In this document: piece after piece, positions 49,401 to 62,428 of the stretch
Layout: the number at the start of each line of letters is the position of its first letter
Position numbering within the stretch: the stretch's first letter is position 1
Source of the DNA: Octopus vulgaris
Lineage: Eukaryota
Assembly: GCA_951406725.2 (NCBI GenBank)
Contig: OX597814.1
Span: 191,456,001 to 191,520,000, forward strand
Length of the DNA: 64,000 nucleotides
Direction: 5' to 3'
Position numbers and translations under genes: made by a program
Notes under the pieces: generated by a model
What the model saw: only the letters and a program-made list of their open reading frames with translations
What the model was told of the DNA's origin: nothing
Databases searched by the model: none

Positions 49401-50805
49401 TATACATACATGCACAATGAGCTTCCACACAGTTTCTGTCTATCAAATCCACTCACAAGGCATTGGCTGACCTGGGACTATAGAAGATTCTTGCCTGTGA
49501 CACCCTGCACTCACATGGTTGCAAAGTGAGGTTCTTGACCACACAGCCATGTCTGTCTGCAGCTAAGCAGACATGTTGCCTTTCACATCTTTTATGTTTT
49601 GTTTTTCATTTTCCTTTTATCATCCTCTCCTCATTAATTTGTAACTGCTTTTTTTCTTTTTTAATCATATATACAGCTAATACTGGCTCCCGTGTCTGTG
49701 GCACATAAAAAGCACCATTCAAGCGTGATCGATGCCAGTACTGCCTGACTGGCCCTTGTGCCAGTGGCACGTAAAAAACACCCACTACACTCTTAGAGTG
49801 GTTGGCGTTAGAAAGGGCATCCGGCTGTAGAAACTTTGCCAGATCAGATTAGAGCCTGGTGCAGCCTTCTGGCTTGTCAGCTCTCAATCAAACCATCCAA
49901 CCCATGCCAGCATGCCAGCATTAAATGGCGACAATGTTGATGATGACTGTTGATTAATGCATGAAAGTTTCAACTTCTAAAATTTAAGCATTCTCTAGTA
50001 GTTAACTCTAGGTCTCACTTCCCTCAGATAATAATTTCTATGTCTACTGCTGAGTACAAGGCAAAATATCACAAGACTTCTTTGATGCAATCCTCATTAC
50101 TCTACAAGAATAATAGAACAATCCAACTTCTGAGGGGTAACTGCTCTACTTTGAGTTTATTGATATTATGTGGTTGGCATTAGGAAGGGCATCCAGCTGT
50201 AGAAACTCTGCCAGATCAAGATTGAAGCCTGGTGCAGCCATCTGGTTCACCAGTCCTCAGTCATTCGTCCAACCCATGCTAGCATGAAAAGCGGATGTTA
50301 AACGATGATGATGATGATGATGTTCATCTAGTGCATCTTAGTAAAAAAATGGAAATAGCTTTCCTTGCTCTGTAGCATTCTTGGTTCAGTAGTCTGATAT
50401 CTTCGTAATTTCCTCTCTCTAAGTGTATGTATCTCTTTTGACTTTGTACCAATTGATGATACTGGTGCTGCTACTCTAGTCATTTGGTATGACACCTTTG
50501 TGTATTACCTGGTCCACTTGTATATTTATAGTTCAAATCCCGTCAGTATTGAACTTGTAAATTTATCCATTATTCTTGTGCTGGTACCACATAAAAAGCT
50601 CGCAGCACACTCCGTAAAGTGGTTAGCATTAGGAATGGCATCAAGCTGTAGAAACCAAGCCAAACCAGGCTGCAGCTTAGTGTAGCTTCCCAGCTTGCCA
50701 GCTCTGGTCAAACTGTCTGACCCATGCCAGCATGGAAAACAGATGTTGATGATGATGGTGGTGATGATTCCACTAGAACTGACTTTACATCTGTATTATA
50801 TTATA

Positions 50806-51174
50806 CTAGCAGTATCGCCTGGCGTTGCTCGGGTTTGTAAGGGAAATAACTATCTAAGCATTTTTAGAGATGTAAAGTATAATAGCCATCTCAAAGCGGG
50901 GTGTTACTGTAGCTTTTTACGTTCTGAGATTTAATAATACATTTTTATAGAGTTATTTCCCTTATATAATAGCAAAAAAATGCATTAAAAATGGGGAAAA
51001 ATGATGGTAAATCTTTTTTTAAATCGTAGACGCGCGCTAATACCCAGAAGGGCTCGATATGAATCACGACTATAAGATACCCGCTTTTGGTTACACTGCA
51101 CTGCAAAATGTGGGAGTAGTTAGGAATCTAAATCGTAGGAGACAGACACACAACTTCACTTTTATATATAAAGA
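50806..51174 (-). mobile_element. Non-autonomous Helitron
   Basis: 5' a|TCTTTATATATAAAA, 3' CCGAGCAACGCCAGG hairpin-like segment then CTAG|t. Confidence 0.7.
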
Positions 51175-51239
51175 TTTATGTAAATATCTAATGCTATGTT
51201 CCACGGATTTTTATGTTCAAAATGATTTATTTTGCTCAG

Positions 51240-51380
51240 AGTATCGATCCTTTACCACCAGTTGATCACACTGAAATCACATACATGGACTTTGAGAAGA
51301 ACTTTTATGAGGAACATGAAGAAATCATCAAATTAAGTGATGAACAGCTTGATGAACTCCAACAAAAACTTGGTATTAAA
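51240..51380 (+). CDS. DDX42: DDX42 coding exon
   Basis: SIDPLPPVDHTEITYMDFEKNFYEEHEEI...KLGIK; cag/gtaagt; phase 0. Confidence 0.96.
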
Positions 51381-51618
51381 GTAAGTTTGATCTTTACTAT
51401 TCAGTCATATATATTTTGTGTTACTACTCTCTTTTACTCGTTTCAGTCATCTGACTGCAGTCATGCTGGAGCACCACCTTTAGTCGAGCAAATCGACCCC
51501 AGGAGTTATTCTTTGTAAGCCTAGAACTTATTCTATCGGTCTCTTTTGTCGAACTGCTAAGTTACTGGGACATAAACACACCAGCATCGGTTGTCAAGTG
51601 ATGTTGGGGGGACAAACA

Positions 51619-51684
<66 letters not shown>

Positions 51685-52114
51685 GATACATACATATATA
51701 CTACAGGCTTCTTTCAGTTTCCATCTACCAAATCAACTCACAAGGCTTTGGTCGGCCTGAGGCTATAGTAGAAGACACTTGCCCAAGGTGCCACGCAGTG
51801 GGAATGAACTGGAACCATGTGGTTTGTAAGCTAGCTACTTGCCACACAGCCATTCCTGCGTCTACTATTTTACATGTATTTATTTTTTTTACTTACATGT
51901 TTGGGATGGTTTATTTGCAGTTAGATTCTTTTTTTATTGCCAACATTAGCCACTCACCAATCAATCAGAAGTGGAGCCCTTCTTTTGTTCTTGAGGGCTT
52001 ATAGGGCAGTTTACCTGGTTTCCATGGCGTATAAATGATCGTGATCACAATGTTCCCTCGGAATGGACACTGATCCATTACAGGATTCGAGGCCAATGAT
52101 TTTGAAGGCTGGGG

Positions 52115-52345
52115 ACAAGTCATTATTTACATTCGACAGATATTTGTCCTCATCTTGTTTGTTGTTAACACGTTTCGGCTGATATACCCTCCAGCCTTCT
52201 TCAGGTGTCTTGGGGAAATTTCGAACCTAGGGTTCTCTTTCCTAAGGTATTTTTCGATGTTATTATCATTATTGTTCAGGTCACTGCTTGGAATCAAACT
52301 CGGAATCTTGGGGTTAGTAGCCTGCGCTCTTAACCACTATGCCGT
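52115..52345 (-). mobile_element. tRNA-headed short element carrying a hammerhead-like motif
   Basis: Head cggcatagtggttaagagcgcaggctactaaccccaagattccgagtttgattcc; downstream gacac-CTGAAGA-A-GGCTG..CAGCC-GAAAC-gtgtt. Confidence 0.6.
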
Positions 52346-52702
52346 ATTTTATTTTATTAATCCTGCTGTGTTTCACATGCAAGTTTTGGTCTTCCAGAGT
52401 TGTCTTGGTGTAGGTGTATAAGTTGACTTTCCCTTTTTTGGCTGTAAGTTTTCCTCTTAAAAGTTTGACTTGTAAGCCAGAAAATACAATAAGTAGACTG
52501 TGACAAGCAGTGATGTGTCCTGCCTCTGAATGCTACACAATGTTTGTTCCATCATAGAACCATGTCTGTAAACCGGCTCTGTGACCTCTCATAATCTCCA
52601 CCTCTCTCTCTCTTTCTTTCTTTGTCTTTCTCTCTCACTCTCTGTCTATCTCCTCCTCCTCCTCCTCCTCTGTCTCTTTCTAAGTTGTTGTTATATTTTC
52701 AG

Positions 52703-52822
52703 GTAACTGGGTTGTGTCCTCCCAGACCCGTTAGCAGTTTTGCTCATTTTGGATTTGATGAAGGACTCATGAATATCATAAGAAAATCAGAATATACACA
52801 ACCTACACCCATTCAAGCACAG
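52703..52822 (+). CDS. DDX42: DDX42 coding exon (Q motif)
   Basis: VTGLCPPRPVSSFAHFGFDEGLMNIIRKSEYTQPTPIQAQ; GT-AG boundaries. Confidence 0.97.
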
Positions 52823-52949
52823 GTAAGTCACAGTCACTTCCTTTTTCTTACACTATATTCTATTTCAAAGAAGATTTTAACCTACTTTTTTATTAAAGTC
52901 ACTGAAGACCTCTTTCCAGATTATTGATGAAAATTATTGTTTATTTTAG

Positions 52950-53057
52950 GGGGTACCAGTTGCTTTGTCTGGCCGAGATATAATTGGAATTGCTAAAACT
53001 GGCAGTGGGAAAACAGCTGCCTTTATTTGGCCAATGCTTATACATTTGATGGATCAG
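52950..53057 (+). CDS. DDX42: DDX42 coding exon (motif I / Walker A)
   Basis: [36 protein letters not shown] translated by hand; ttttag/gtaag. Confidence 0.97.
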
Positions 53058-53074
53058 GTAAGATAAATTTCATA

Positions 53075-53076
<2 letters not shown>

Positions 53077-53106
<30 letters not shown>

Positions 53107-53399
53107 GTGTGAGAGAGCAGTGCATGCCATCAAAGTGACACTGGGGTAAAATATACGAAGCCCTTTATACCGATCATGACTACCCGTCTGATAAGGGTAC
53201 ACCAGGCACATGCATCACAACCATATGTGCACAACATGGTGATCTCATATCAAGATAAACAGTGCATGACCTTGCAGGTGGGGCCCAATTAGACTTTTCT
53301 TCTGGTCGAGTAGCCCATCCTGCTCAAAAGGTCCCTGAATAAGGATTGTTTAAGGATGTTGAACGAACCACCTATGTTTCCAAAGGTGAATTATCTAAA

Positions 53400-53435
<36 letters not shown>

Positions 53436-53757
53436 GTGTGAGAGAGCAGTGCATGCCATCAAAGTGACACTGGGGTAAAATATACGAAGCCCTTTATACC
53501 GATCATGACTACCCGTCTGATAAGGGTACACCAGGCACATGCATCACAACCATATGTGCACAACATGGTGATCTCATATCAAGATAAACAGTGCATGACC
53601 TTGCAGGTGGGGCCCAATTAGACTTTTCTTCTGGTCGAGTAGCCCATCCTGCTCAAAAGGTCCCTGAATAAGGATTGTTTAAGGATGTTGAACGAACCAC
53701 CTATGTTTCCAAAGGTGAATTATCCAAAATTATTATTATTATTATTATTATTATTAT
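53077..53757 (-). mobile_element. Two tandem near-identical ~329-bp copies of a (TAA)n-tailed retroposon 3' end (longer copy at 63298-63855)
   Basis: 53107-53400 equals 53436-53729 apart from one substitution I could see; separated by (ATT)n. Confidence 0.85.
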
Positions 53758-54244
53758 TTAAGGTGGAGAGGGAAGTGCTACTTCCCAGTGAATTTGTGAA
53801 AAGATGGGTGTCTCTTGCAGAAATGGTTAGTGTGAATGGTCCTACTCTGTGCACCTGTAGACTGGAGAGCGAGAGTGAAGGCGTGTGCCTTTGGTGGTCA
53901 AGGCATTCCTGGATCTGTGGATGTCCTTGATTGGGCCTAGTTGGAGTTTCTCCTGTATCAGGAAGACTGCATCATTCATGTGGCTTTAATTATTTCAGTT
54001 ATGAAGAATTCAGTACTGCTTCATCCAATATCTCTTTTTTTTATTATGATATGGTTTTGTGTGTGATTCAAGGAGATTTAGTGGCTTTTTCTAGCAGAGC
54101 ATACAATCATGTAGATGCTCTTCCATGGATTCAGTTGTATTATTTGTGGATTTATAAAAATTGTTGTTTAAGAATTTCAAAATATATTTTAAATTCAGCT
54201 CATAACCCAGTTTATAATATTTCTTTTTTTTGTTTGTTTCACAG

Positions 54245-54313
54245 AATGAACTAGAAGAAGGTGATGGCCCCATTGGATTAATTTTAGCTCCTACTCGGGA
54301 ATTATCCCAGCAA
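54245..54313 (+). CDS. DDX42: DDX42 coding exon (motif Ia)
   Basis: NELEEGDGPIGLILAPTRELSQQ; acag/gtaagt. Confidence 0.96.
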
Positions 54314-55079
54314 GTAAGTTTGTCTATGAATTACTTTACATTTCAGCTTTCCTCATCTGAAGAGATCTTTCTGTCATTTCTTTTTAAATCTTGATAAATT
54401 AATATGTCCTTTATTCTCCCCCTCTTTGTCATTTTGAAGATAGTGAAACTGATTATTAGAAAAAACAAAGCAAATTTTAAATTTTAAGTATTTTATGAAT
54501 GTAGATTTTTTTATGATTTCATACAACCGTGGTTTATATTTTTGCATATTTTATTATCGAGGTATCAGCTGGAGATTTCATCACCACAATTTATTTTCTT
54601 CACAGCACTGATTCATTCTCACTCTCTCCTCTAAATGTGAGTAGCCATGTAGCTCCTCTACAACAAGAACCTGCTCTGCTTCACCGTCTTCTCTCATACT
54701 TCAATCCTCATCTCCTAGCATAAAACTATGCCCCTTCTTTGGGTTTTGTAGTCTTGTGAGCTGTATGGTAACCTCACTAGCATTGGTGGCACAAAGAAAA
54801 AGCTCTCAGTACATATTGTAAAGTGGCTGGCATTAGGAAAGTCATCCAGCCATAGAAACGATGCTGAAGCAGCCACGAGAGTATAGTGAAGTCCTTGAAC
54901 CCATTGGATTTTGTTGAACCATTCTATTGACGCTAGCATGGAATATGGATATTGAATGATGATGTTTATCTTCATAAATTAATTTTAGTTCCTCTCAATT
55001 GAAAGATGTGGATATGAATTTTAAAATCAATTAAATTTTTTTTGTATCTTTTTTTTTTTTTGTTTTTCTGTCCTGTTAG

Positions 55080-55208
55080 ATCTATCATGAAGCTAAAAAG
55101 TTTGGTAAAGTCTACAATATTCGTGTGGTTTGTGCTTATGGTGGTGGGAGCCTTTGGGAACAATCAAAGGCATGTCAGGAAGGAGCTGAAGTCATTGTTG
55201 CTACACCC
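55080..55208 (+). CDS. DDX42: DDX42 coding exon (GG doublet, VATP motif)
   Basis: IYHEAKKFGKVYNIRVVCAYGGGSLWEQSKACQEGAEVIVATP; ttag/gtgagt. Confidence 0.97.
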
Positions 55209-55409
55209 GTGAGTATTATAAGAGAAAATAAAGATATTAATTTCTTGTTATTTAGACTGAGATCAGCTGTGGTTGAACAGATCTATGATAAAGATGTTCA
55301 AAATGCACATATATATGGATTAATACATGCTTTTAAAAAAACGTTAAAAAAACAGATCAAAATAATGATGTGCATAACATTCTCAATGTTTATATATATA
55401 TATATATAT

Positions 55410-55655
55410 AAACCTTTCTTCACCCATTTCCTTCCGGTCTTTCAAAATGTGACCGTGTGTGTACTGTTGGCGATTTTTTTCCCTCTGTCTTCCCTTCTCT
55501 GGATCTTTCCTTCTCCTATGTTTCCGATGAAGAGCTCCGCTCGAAACATTAAACCCTCCTTCTTTCCTGAGCGTCCAATAATACTATATTTGTTCCACGT
55601 CCTCGCGTTGTTGTATTTTTTTGTACTTTCTTGTTTGGATTAATTATATATATAT
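55410..55655 (+). mobile_element. Penelope pseudo-LTR-like repeat with minimal hammerhead-like motif (upstream copy)
   Basis: Direct-repeat similarity to 60140-60350; GTTT-CCGATGA-A-GAGC(TCC)GCTC-GAAAC-ATT-AAAC at about 55520-55554; flanked by (TA)n. Confidence 0.75.
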
Positions 55656-55677
55656 GTATATATATTCGTTTGTACAT

Positions 55678-57590
55678 GACTGCAACGCTTTGGTCCACCG
55701 GTTCAACTTTGAACCAAGACCCCGCCGAGCCAACCTCACTTGGGCCGAATCCATTGCCCTTCGCCACCTCCGCCGACGTAATGACATCGTCATCAAACCG
55801 GCGGACAAAGGCGGGGCAGTGGTAGTGTGGCGCGCGGACCTATACAGGGAGGAAGCGCTCAACCAGCTTCAAAATCCCCTCTTCTATCGCCTCCTCCCCT
55901 CCGATCCCACCTCCTCCTACCAACAGCGAGTGTCCTCCACCATCCGTGACCTCATCTCCTCCTCCGCTCTCCCCCCACCGCCACCAACCTCATCGTCCGC
56001 ACACCCCGCACCTCCACCATCTACTTCCTTCCCAAGATCCATAAACCCTCTAATCCTGGCCGTCCCATAGTCTCTGCCTGTAATTGCCCCACTGAACTCA
56101 TTTCCCTATACCTCGACCGCATCCTGTCCCCCTTTGTCGCAGCCCTCCCATCCCACATACACGACACCAACCACGCCCTCTGTCTCTTCAATTCCTTTTC
56201 CTTCCCTTCCAGCCCCTCACACCTCCTCTTCACATTAGATGTAAAATCCCTGTACACAGTGATTCCCCACAATGACGGTCTCCTAGCCCTCCAACACTTC
56301 CTCGACCGTCGTCCCGACCCCACTCCTAGCACCCCCACCCTTCTCTGCCTGGCTGAGCTCATCCTCACCCTCAATTGCTTCACGTTCGCCGTGGAAATGT
56401 ACCAACAGGTGTCCGGGGTCGCGATGGGAACTAGGATGGGCCCCAATTTCGCCAATCTCTTTCTTGGCTACATTGAGGCCCAAGTATTCTCCCAGTTCTC
56501 TGGGCCGACCCCCGAACTATACGGTTGCTATATCGACGACTGCATGGGTGCCACCTCCCTTTCCCGTGAACTTCTCTGCCAATTCATCTCTTTCCTTTCC
56601 AACTTTCACCCCTCTCTTCAATTCACCTCCACCATCTCCAACACCTCTGTCAACTTCCTTGACATCTCTCTCCGCATCGATCACTCCTCCAACTCTCTCA
56701 CCACCACCGCCTTCTTTAAACCTACAGATTCCCACCTCTATCTCAACTTCTCTTCCTCCCACCCCTTCCACACCAAACGAGCCATCCCCTACTCCCAGTT
56801 CCTCCGCCTCCGACGTTTGTGCAGCCGCGACCAGGATTTCGAGACCCAATCTCAATACCTGGCCCGCCTGTTCAGACTCCGAGGGTACCCACCCATACTC
56901 CTCTCTGATGCCCTCACCCGCGCCCATCGCATCGACCGCACCACCGCCCTGTCTCCTTCCCCCCGCCCACCCCCAACCGCACCCCCTTCCCCTCCTTTTC
57001 CACCCCCTACCCTACCCCTTCGTCGCAAGATACTACGTGCCTTCCGTCGCCTCCAGCTTTGATCCCACCACCCGCCCCATTTTCCCTAACCCACCCCTGT
57101 CCTCCTTCAAACGAGCCCACAATCTGCGTGACCTCCTGGTCCACAGCACTCTCTCTCCTTCCCCCTCAGCCCCACACAGATCATTCCCTTGCTCTAGATC
57201 CCGCTGCAACACTTGCCCCTTCATCACCAACACCACCGCTGTCACCGGCTCCAACCGGCATACTGTACGCATTAGGCACTCTTTTACGTGCACCTCGTCT
57301 GGCCTTATTTACTGCATTAAATGCAACCTATGCGGGATGCTGTATGTAGGACAGACGGGACGCCGGTTGTCCGACCGATTCACAGAACATTTGAGGGACG
57401 TTCGCCTACACTCTTTTTCTCCCATCACACGCCACTTCCGCTCGGCCGGCCATTCCCTAGATGACATCTCAGTGTTTGGTCTCGCCCCCCACAATGGTCG
57501 CCCACTTTCCAGGCTCCACTTGGAGCAACGCTACATCTTCACCCTACAAACTACTACCCCACACGGACTTAACACAGCCCCCTCCTCTTG
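55678..57590 (+). mobile_element. Penelope-like retroelement ORF (RT + GIY-YIG endonuclease), 5'-truncated and frameshifted
   Basis: IVIKPADKGGAVVVW, YFLPKIHK..PGRPIVS, TLDVKSLYTVIP, GVAMGTRMGPNFANLF, YIDD, KPTDSHLYL, then IYCIKCNLCGMLYVGQTGRRLSDRFTEH and a C-terminal HGLN. Frameshifts near 55975 and 57059. Confidence 0.95.
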
Positions 57591-57624
57591 AGGTCCTCTT
57601 CTTCCTTTTTTTTTTTTTTTTCCA

Positions 57625-57862
57625 GATACACCCCCCCACACACACACACCTACCTACCTCCCACATGCCTGTTCACACACACACATACGTATACACATCT
57701 ACGTACATACATTCACACATTTAATCACACACACTTATAGACACATGCACACACTAACATACAAACCAACATGCACATACAGACACACATACACATACAA
57801 ACCAACATGCACATACACACACACATACACACACACACACATACATACACACATACATACGC

Positions 57863-57894
<32 letters not shown>

Positions 57895-60010
57895 CGCACA
57901 TACATACTTCACACACACACATGCACACATACATGTAGGCACACACACATACATACATACATACCCACACATGCACACCTTTACACGAATGCACACACAC
58001 ATACACCTATTTGCATCCAGGCAGCCCCCCCCCTCTTTTCTGCTTTCCGGTTTTGGCTGATGGATCCTCGGTTCCCGCTTAGCCTTTGCGCTCGCGCGCC
58101 TTGGCGCGTGCTGGGGGCCTGGTCGGCCCCATGGGCTTGCGTTGTATTGTTTGTGTGTTGTGTGCGTGAGCGCGCTTCGTGTGTGTGCGTGTGTATGTAT
58201 ACATACCCACACACACGCATGCATCCCTACCCACATACATACACGCACACCTACACACATACACACACACACACACACATACCCGCACACACACCCGCAC
58301 ACACACACACATACATACATACACACATACCTATTTCAGACATACACACACACAGACATACACCCATACACTCACACACACACACACATACACACGCACA
58401 CGTACACATACACACACACACACACCTGCATACATACATTACACTTGTACACACACACACTTACATTCATACACACACACACACCTACACAGCCATACCC
58501 TCACTCAGACACACACACCTACCTACACACACACACAAACACACACACACACACACACATACTTACACACACACTCGCCTGCACGCGCACACACATGCAT
58601 GACAAACACCCATACACTCACACTCACATACGCACACACCAACATAAACACGCACACGCACACATACACACCCACACACATACATACGCACCTACATACA
58701 CACACGCACGCATACACACGCACACACACGCATACACACATACATTACACACGTACATACACACCTTCATACACATGCATACACACACACACACAAACAT
58801 GCACGGACACACCCAGACATACATACATACACCTATACACACACGCCCACACACCTACATACACACACATACACGGACACACCCATACATACATACATAC
58901 ATACACCTATACACACACGCCTACACACCTACATACACACACATGCATACACACACATGCATACACACACACATGTACGCACATACATATATACCCACAC
59001 ACATGCACACACACACATACGCACATGCATGCATGCACACGCGCACACCTACACGCATACATGCATACACACACACGCACGTACACATACATACATACAC
59101 ACACACATACATACACCCATACACATACATGCATCCTACACACACATACATACACACTCACACATACATACACACACACACACTCACTTGTACGCGCACA
59201 CACATGCACATACACACACTTCCACACACACACACGTACATACATACACACTCATACACATACACACACACACACACACGGACATACATCTATGCACACA
59301 CATATATACACACACATACTTACATACATTCATCGGACACACTGACACCCAGACATACACACAGGCACACTCACACATCCACACACACACATACTTACAC
59401 ACACACTCGCAGGCGCGCGCACACACGCGCTTGCGCGCGCACACACGCGCTTGCGCGCGCACACACGCGCTTGCGCCGGCTCGCGCACGTATACGCGCAT
59501 GCATGCACCTCGCTCTTGCACCCGACTAGATCTCCGGCTCGTTTCTGGGGCCGTCGCCTGTCGTTGGGTTCTCCCACGCCCGTCTCCGCGGGACCACTCT
59601 TCCATCTTCCCCTCAGCTGAAGTCCATTTTCCTTATAACCCCCCCTTTTTGTACACACACGTGCACACATACATACACCCACTCACACACACACATTTGC
59701 TTAAATATATACATTACTCTTACACACACTTCAAATCTACTCGCCATACATACAACTACGACACTGGACACACACACGCTACCACTCAACACACACACAC
59801 TGGCACGTTACATACGCCCCCACCCCTTCCCCTCCCTCCCTTCCTCCTTCCTTCATTTTTTTACTACTGACCACTGTCTGCTATGCCTACTACTGTTTCG
59901 CCCTACCTCACACGCCTACACACAGACGCACACACTATATATATATATTTTTTGTTTTTTTATCTCGCCTCACACACACATACACACACGCACACGCACA
60001 CACTCACACA
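57625..60010. repeat. About 2.4-kb degenerate (CA/CATA)n tract in the Penelope 3' region with GC-rich islands
   Basis: Directly visible; includes a 20-bp unit gcgcgcacacacgcgcttgc x3 at about 59415-59476. Confidence 0.9.
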
Positions 60011-60340
60011 TACACTCACATCTGTTGCGTTACCAACCCTGTCTCCACTCTTTTGGCTTTAAAAACCTACTTTGCTCTTGTTATCGTAAACTTCCGCCTT
60101 TCACCATGTGTACTTCGTAAACACCAGTCGCTTTTCTTTTTTCTCCCTTTTTTTTCTCCCTCTGTTTGCCCACCTCGGGATCTTTCTTTCCTCTCTCTTC
60201 CATCTTTATGTTTCCGACGAAGAGCTCCGCTCGAAACGTCATACCTTCCTGCTTCCATCTTTCCTGAGCGCCTATTAATAATAATACTGTAATTGTTCCA
60301 CGTGTTGTTGTTTTTTCTGTTTTCCCGTTTGGATTAAAAT

Positions 60341-60350
<10 letters not shown>
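60010..60350 (+). mobile_element. Penelope pseudo-LTR with minimal hammerhead-like motif (downstream copy)
   Basis: GTTT-CCGACGA-A-GAGC(TCC)GCTC-GAAACGTC-ATAC at about 60210-60244; ends in (TA)n. Confidence 0.75.
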
Positions 60351-60374
<24 letters not shown>

Positions 60375-61092
60375 ACGTAACTGGTACCCATGCTGGTGGG
60401 ACGTGAAGAACATCTTTTGAGTGTTGGGCCTCATGGAAACAATGACTGAGACCTTTGGCATTTTGTTGTGCTTGAGAAGAAGACCCATCAAGCCAAGCAA
60501 AATCACAGTCGTGGCAGATACCAGTGTCACGTGAATGGCACTCTCGGAGTGGTTGGCATTAGAAAAAGCATCCAGCTGTAGAAAACCATGCCAATTCAGA
60601 CTGGAGCCTGGTGCAGCCTTCCAGCTTGGCAGCCCCCGTCAAACTGTCCAATCCATGCCAGCATGGACAATGGACATTAAGTGATGATGATGATGATGAT
60701 ATATAGAACAACTTGTTCCATTCTGTATGTATATATGCATTGTAAATATTGTACACATTGTTTTATGCCTGAGTGGGTGTGTCTGTATATATAATTTAAT
60801 TTGCTATGTAAAAAAAATGTTTATTTTTTCACATTATCTTGGGCAAGGCTTATGAGTGAATTTGGTAGATGAAAACTGAAGAATGCTTTCGTATGTCATC
60901 ATCATCATCATCATGTGTGTAGATATAAATATGGTCATGCATTTTTTGGCGTTAGGAAGGGCATCCAGCTGTAGAAACTCTGCCAGATCGGATTGGAGCC
61001 TGGTGCAGCCATGTGGCTCACCAGCCTCCAGTCAAACCGTCCAAACCATGCCAGCATGGAAAGCGGATGTTAAACGATGATGATGATGATGA

Positions 61093-61136
<44 letters not shown>

Positions 61137-61667
61137 ACCTTCTCTAGACATCACATGATAATTGTAAATAAGTATCACTATCATACAAATGATGCTATTT
61201 GTTTCCAGTTTTCTGTGAAAAGCATGTTTAGCCATGGGAAAATATTACCTTGCTTTGAAACAGGTGAGGGTTGGTGACAGGAAAGGCATTCAGCTGCAGG
61301 AAATCTGCCTCAACAAATTCTCCCTAGCACATGCAGGCATGGAAAAGTAGACGTTTGAATGATGATGATGAAATTCATATGTGCTGTTGAAACATCATTA
61401 AATCAAAATAACCATGCACATAACATTTACAATGTATATACAGAGAACAACAAGACTATAGCTAGTACTATTTTGTATTTGTACATACATTATAAATATT
61501 GTGCACATCATTATGTATCTATGTGTATGTCTTTTGCCTTTTATATTTTTAAGTTGTTTTAGTCATTAGACTGTGGCCGTGCTCTGTCACCTTGTTGAAG
61601 AATTTTAGTTGAATGAATCAACCGCTGCTCTTAATTTCTTTTAAGCCCAGTACTTACTGTATTGAAG

Positions 61668-61965
61668 TGGAGGCACATAGCCTAGTGGTTAGAGCAGTGG
61701 ACTCACGGTCGAGGGATCGCGGGTTCGAATCTCAGACCGGGTGATGTGTGTGTTTATGAGCGAAACACCTAAGTTCCACGCGGCTCCGGCAGAAAGTAAT
61801 GGCGAACTTCTGCTGACTCTTTTGCCACAACTTTCTCTCACTCTTTCCTCCTGCATCTTGCAGCTCACCTGTGACGGACCGGCGTCCCGTCCAGGTGGGG
61901 AACTTATATGCCAAGGAAACCGGGAAACTGTCCCTAATGAGCCAGGCATGGCTCGAGAAGGAACT
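61668..61965 (+). mobile_element. tRNA-derived SINE, family C, nested in a family A copy (related copy 10380-10690 minus)
   Basis: Clear tRNA-like head tagcctagtggttagagcagtggactcacggtcgagggatcgcgggttcgaatctc; shared body gagcgaaacacctaa..ccacg.ggct. Confidence 0.75.
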
Positions 61966-62328
61966 AACTGATTCTATTGATATCTTTGCTGAACCGCTAC
62001 TGGATGTAAACATACTAACACTGGTTGTCAAGTGATGGTAGGGGACAAACACAGATACAAAAACACACACATGACGAGCTTTCAGTTTCTGTCTACCAAA
62101 TCCACTCACAAGGCTTTGGTTGGTCTGAGGCTATAGTAGAAGACACTTGCCCATGGTGCCATGCTGTGGGACTGAACCCGGAACCATGTAGCTGGGAAGC
62201 GAACATCTTACCACACAGTCATGTCTGCACCTGTGTAATTTATTTAACTGCTTTGTGAGGAAAGTTTTTCTTCTTATATAATAAAATTATTTTGGATGGG
62301 TTTTTCTATAAGAATTTCTCTTTTCTAG

Positions 62329-62428
62329 GGTCGTCTGATAGATCTTGTGAAGAAAAAAGCCACTAATTTACGGCGAGTAACATACTTGGTATTTGATGAG
62401 GCAGACAGAATGTTTGATATGGGTTTTG
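62329..62428 (+). CDS. DDX42: DDX42 coding exon (motif II DEAD); gene continues past the window end
   Basis: [33 protein letters not shown]; ctag/gtaagt. Confidence 0.97.

Noticed and set aside
57745-59620. His/Thr-rich and Cys/Val-rich ORFs up to 492 aa
   Set aside because: Artefacts of (CA)n low-complexity sequence.
61668-61740. tRNA gene candidate
   Set aside because: tRNA-like head runs straight into a SINE body shared with 10380-10690; no proper acceptor stem or terminator.
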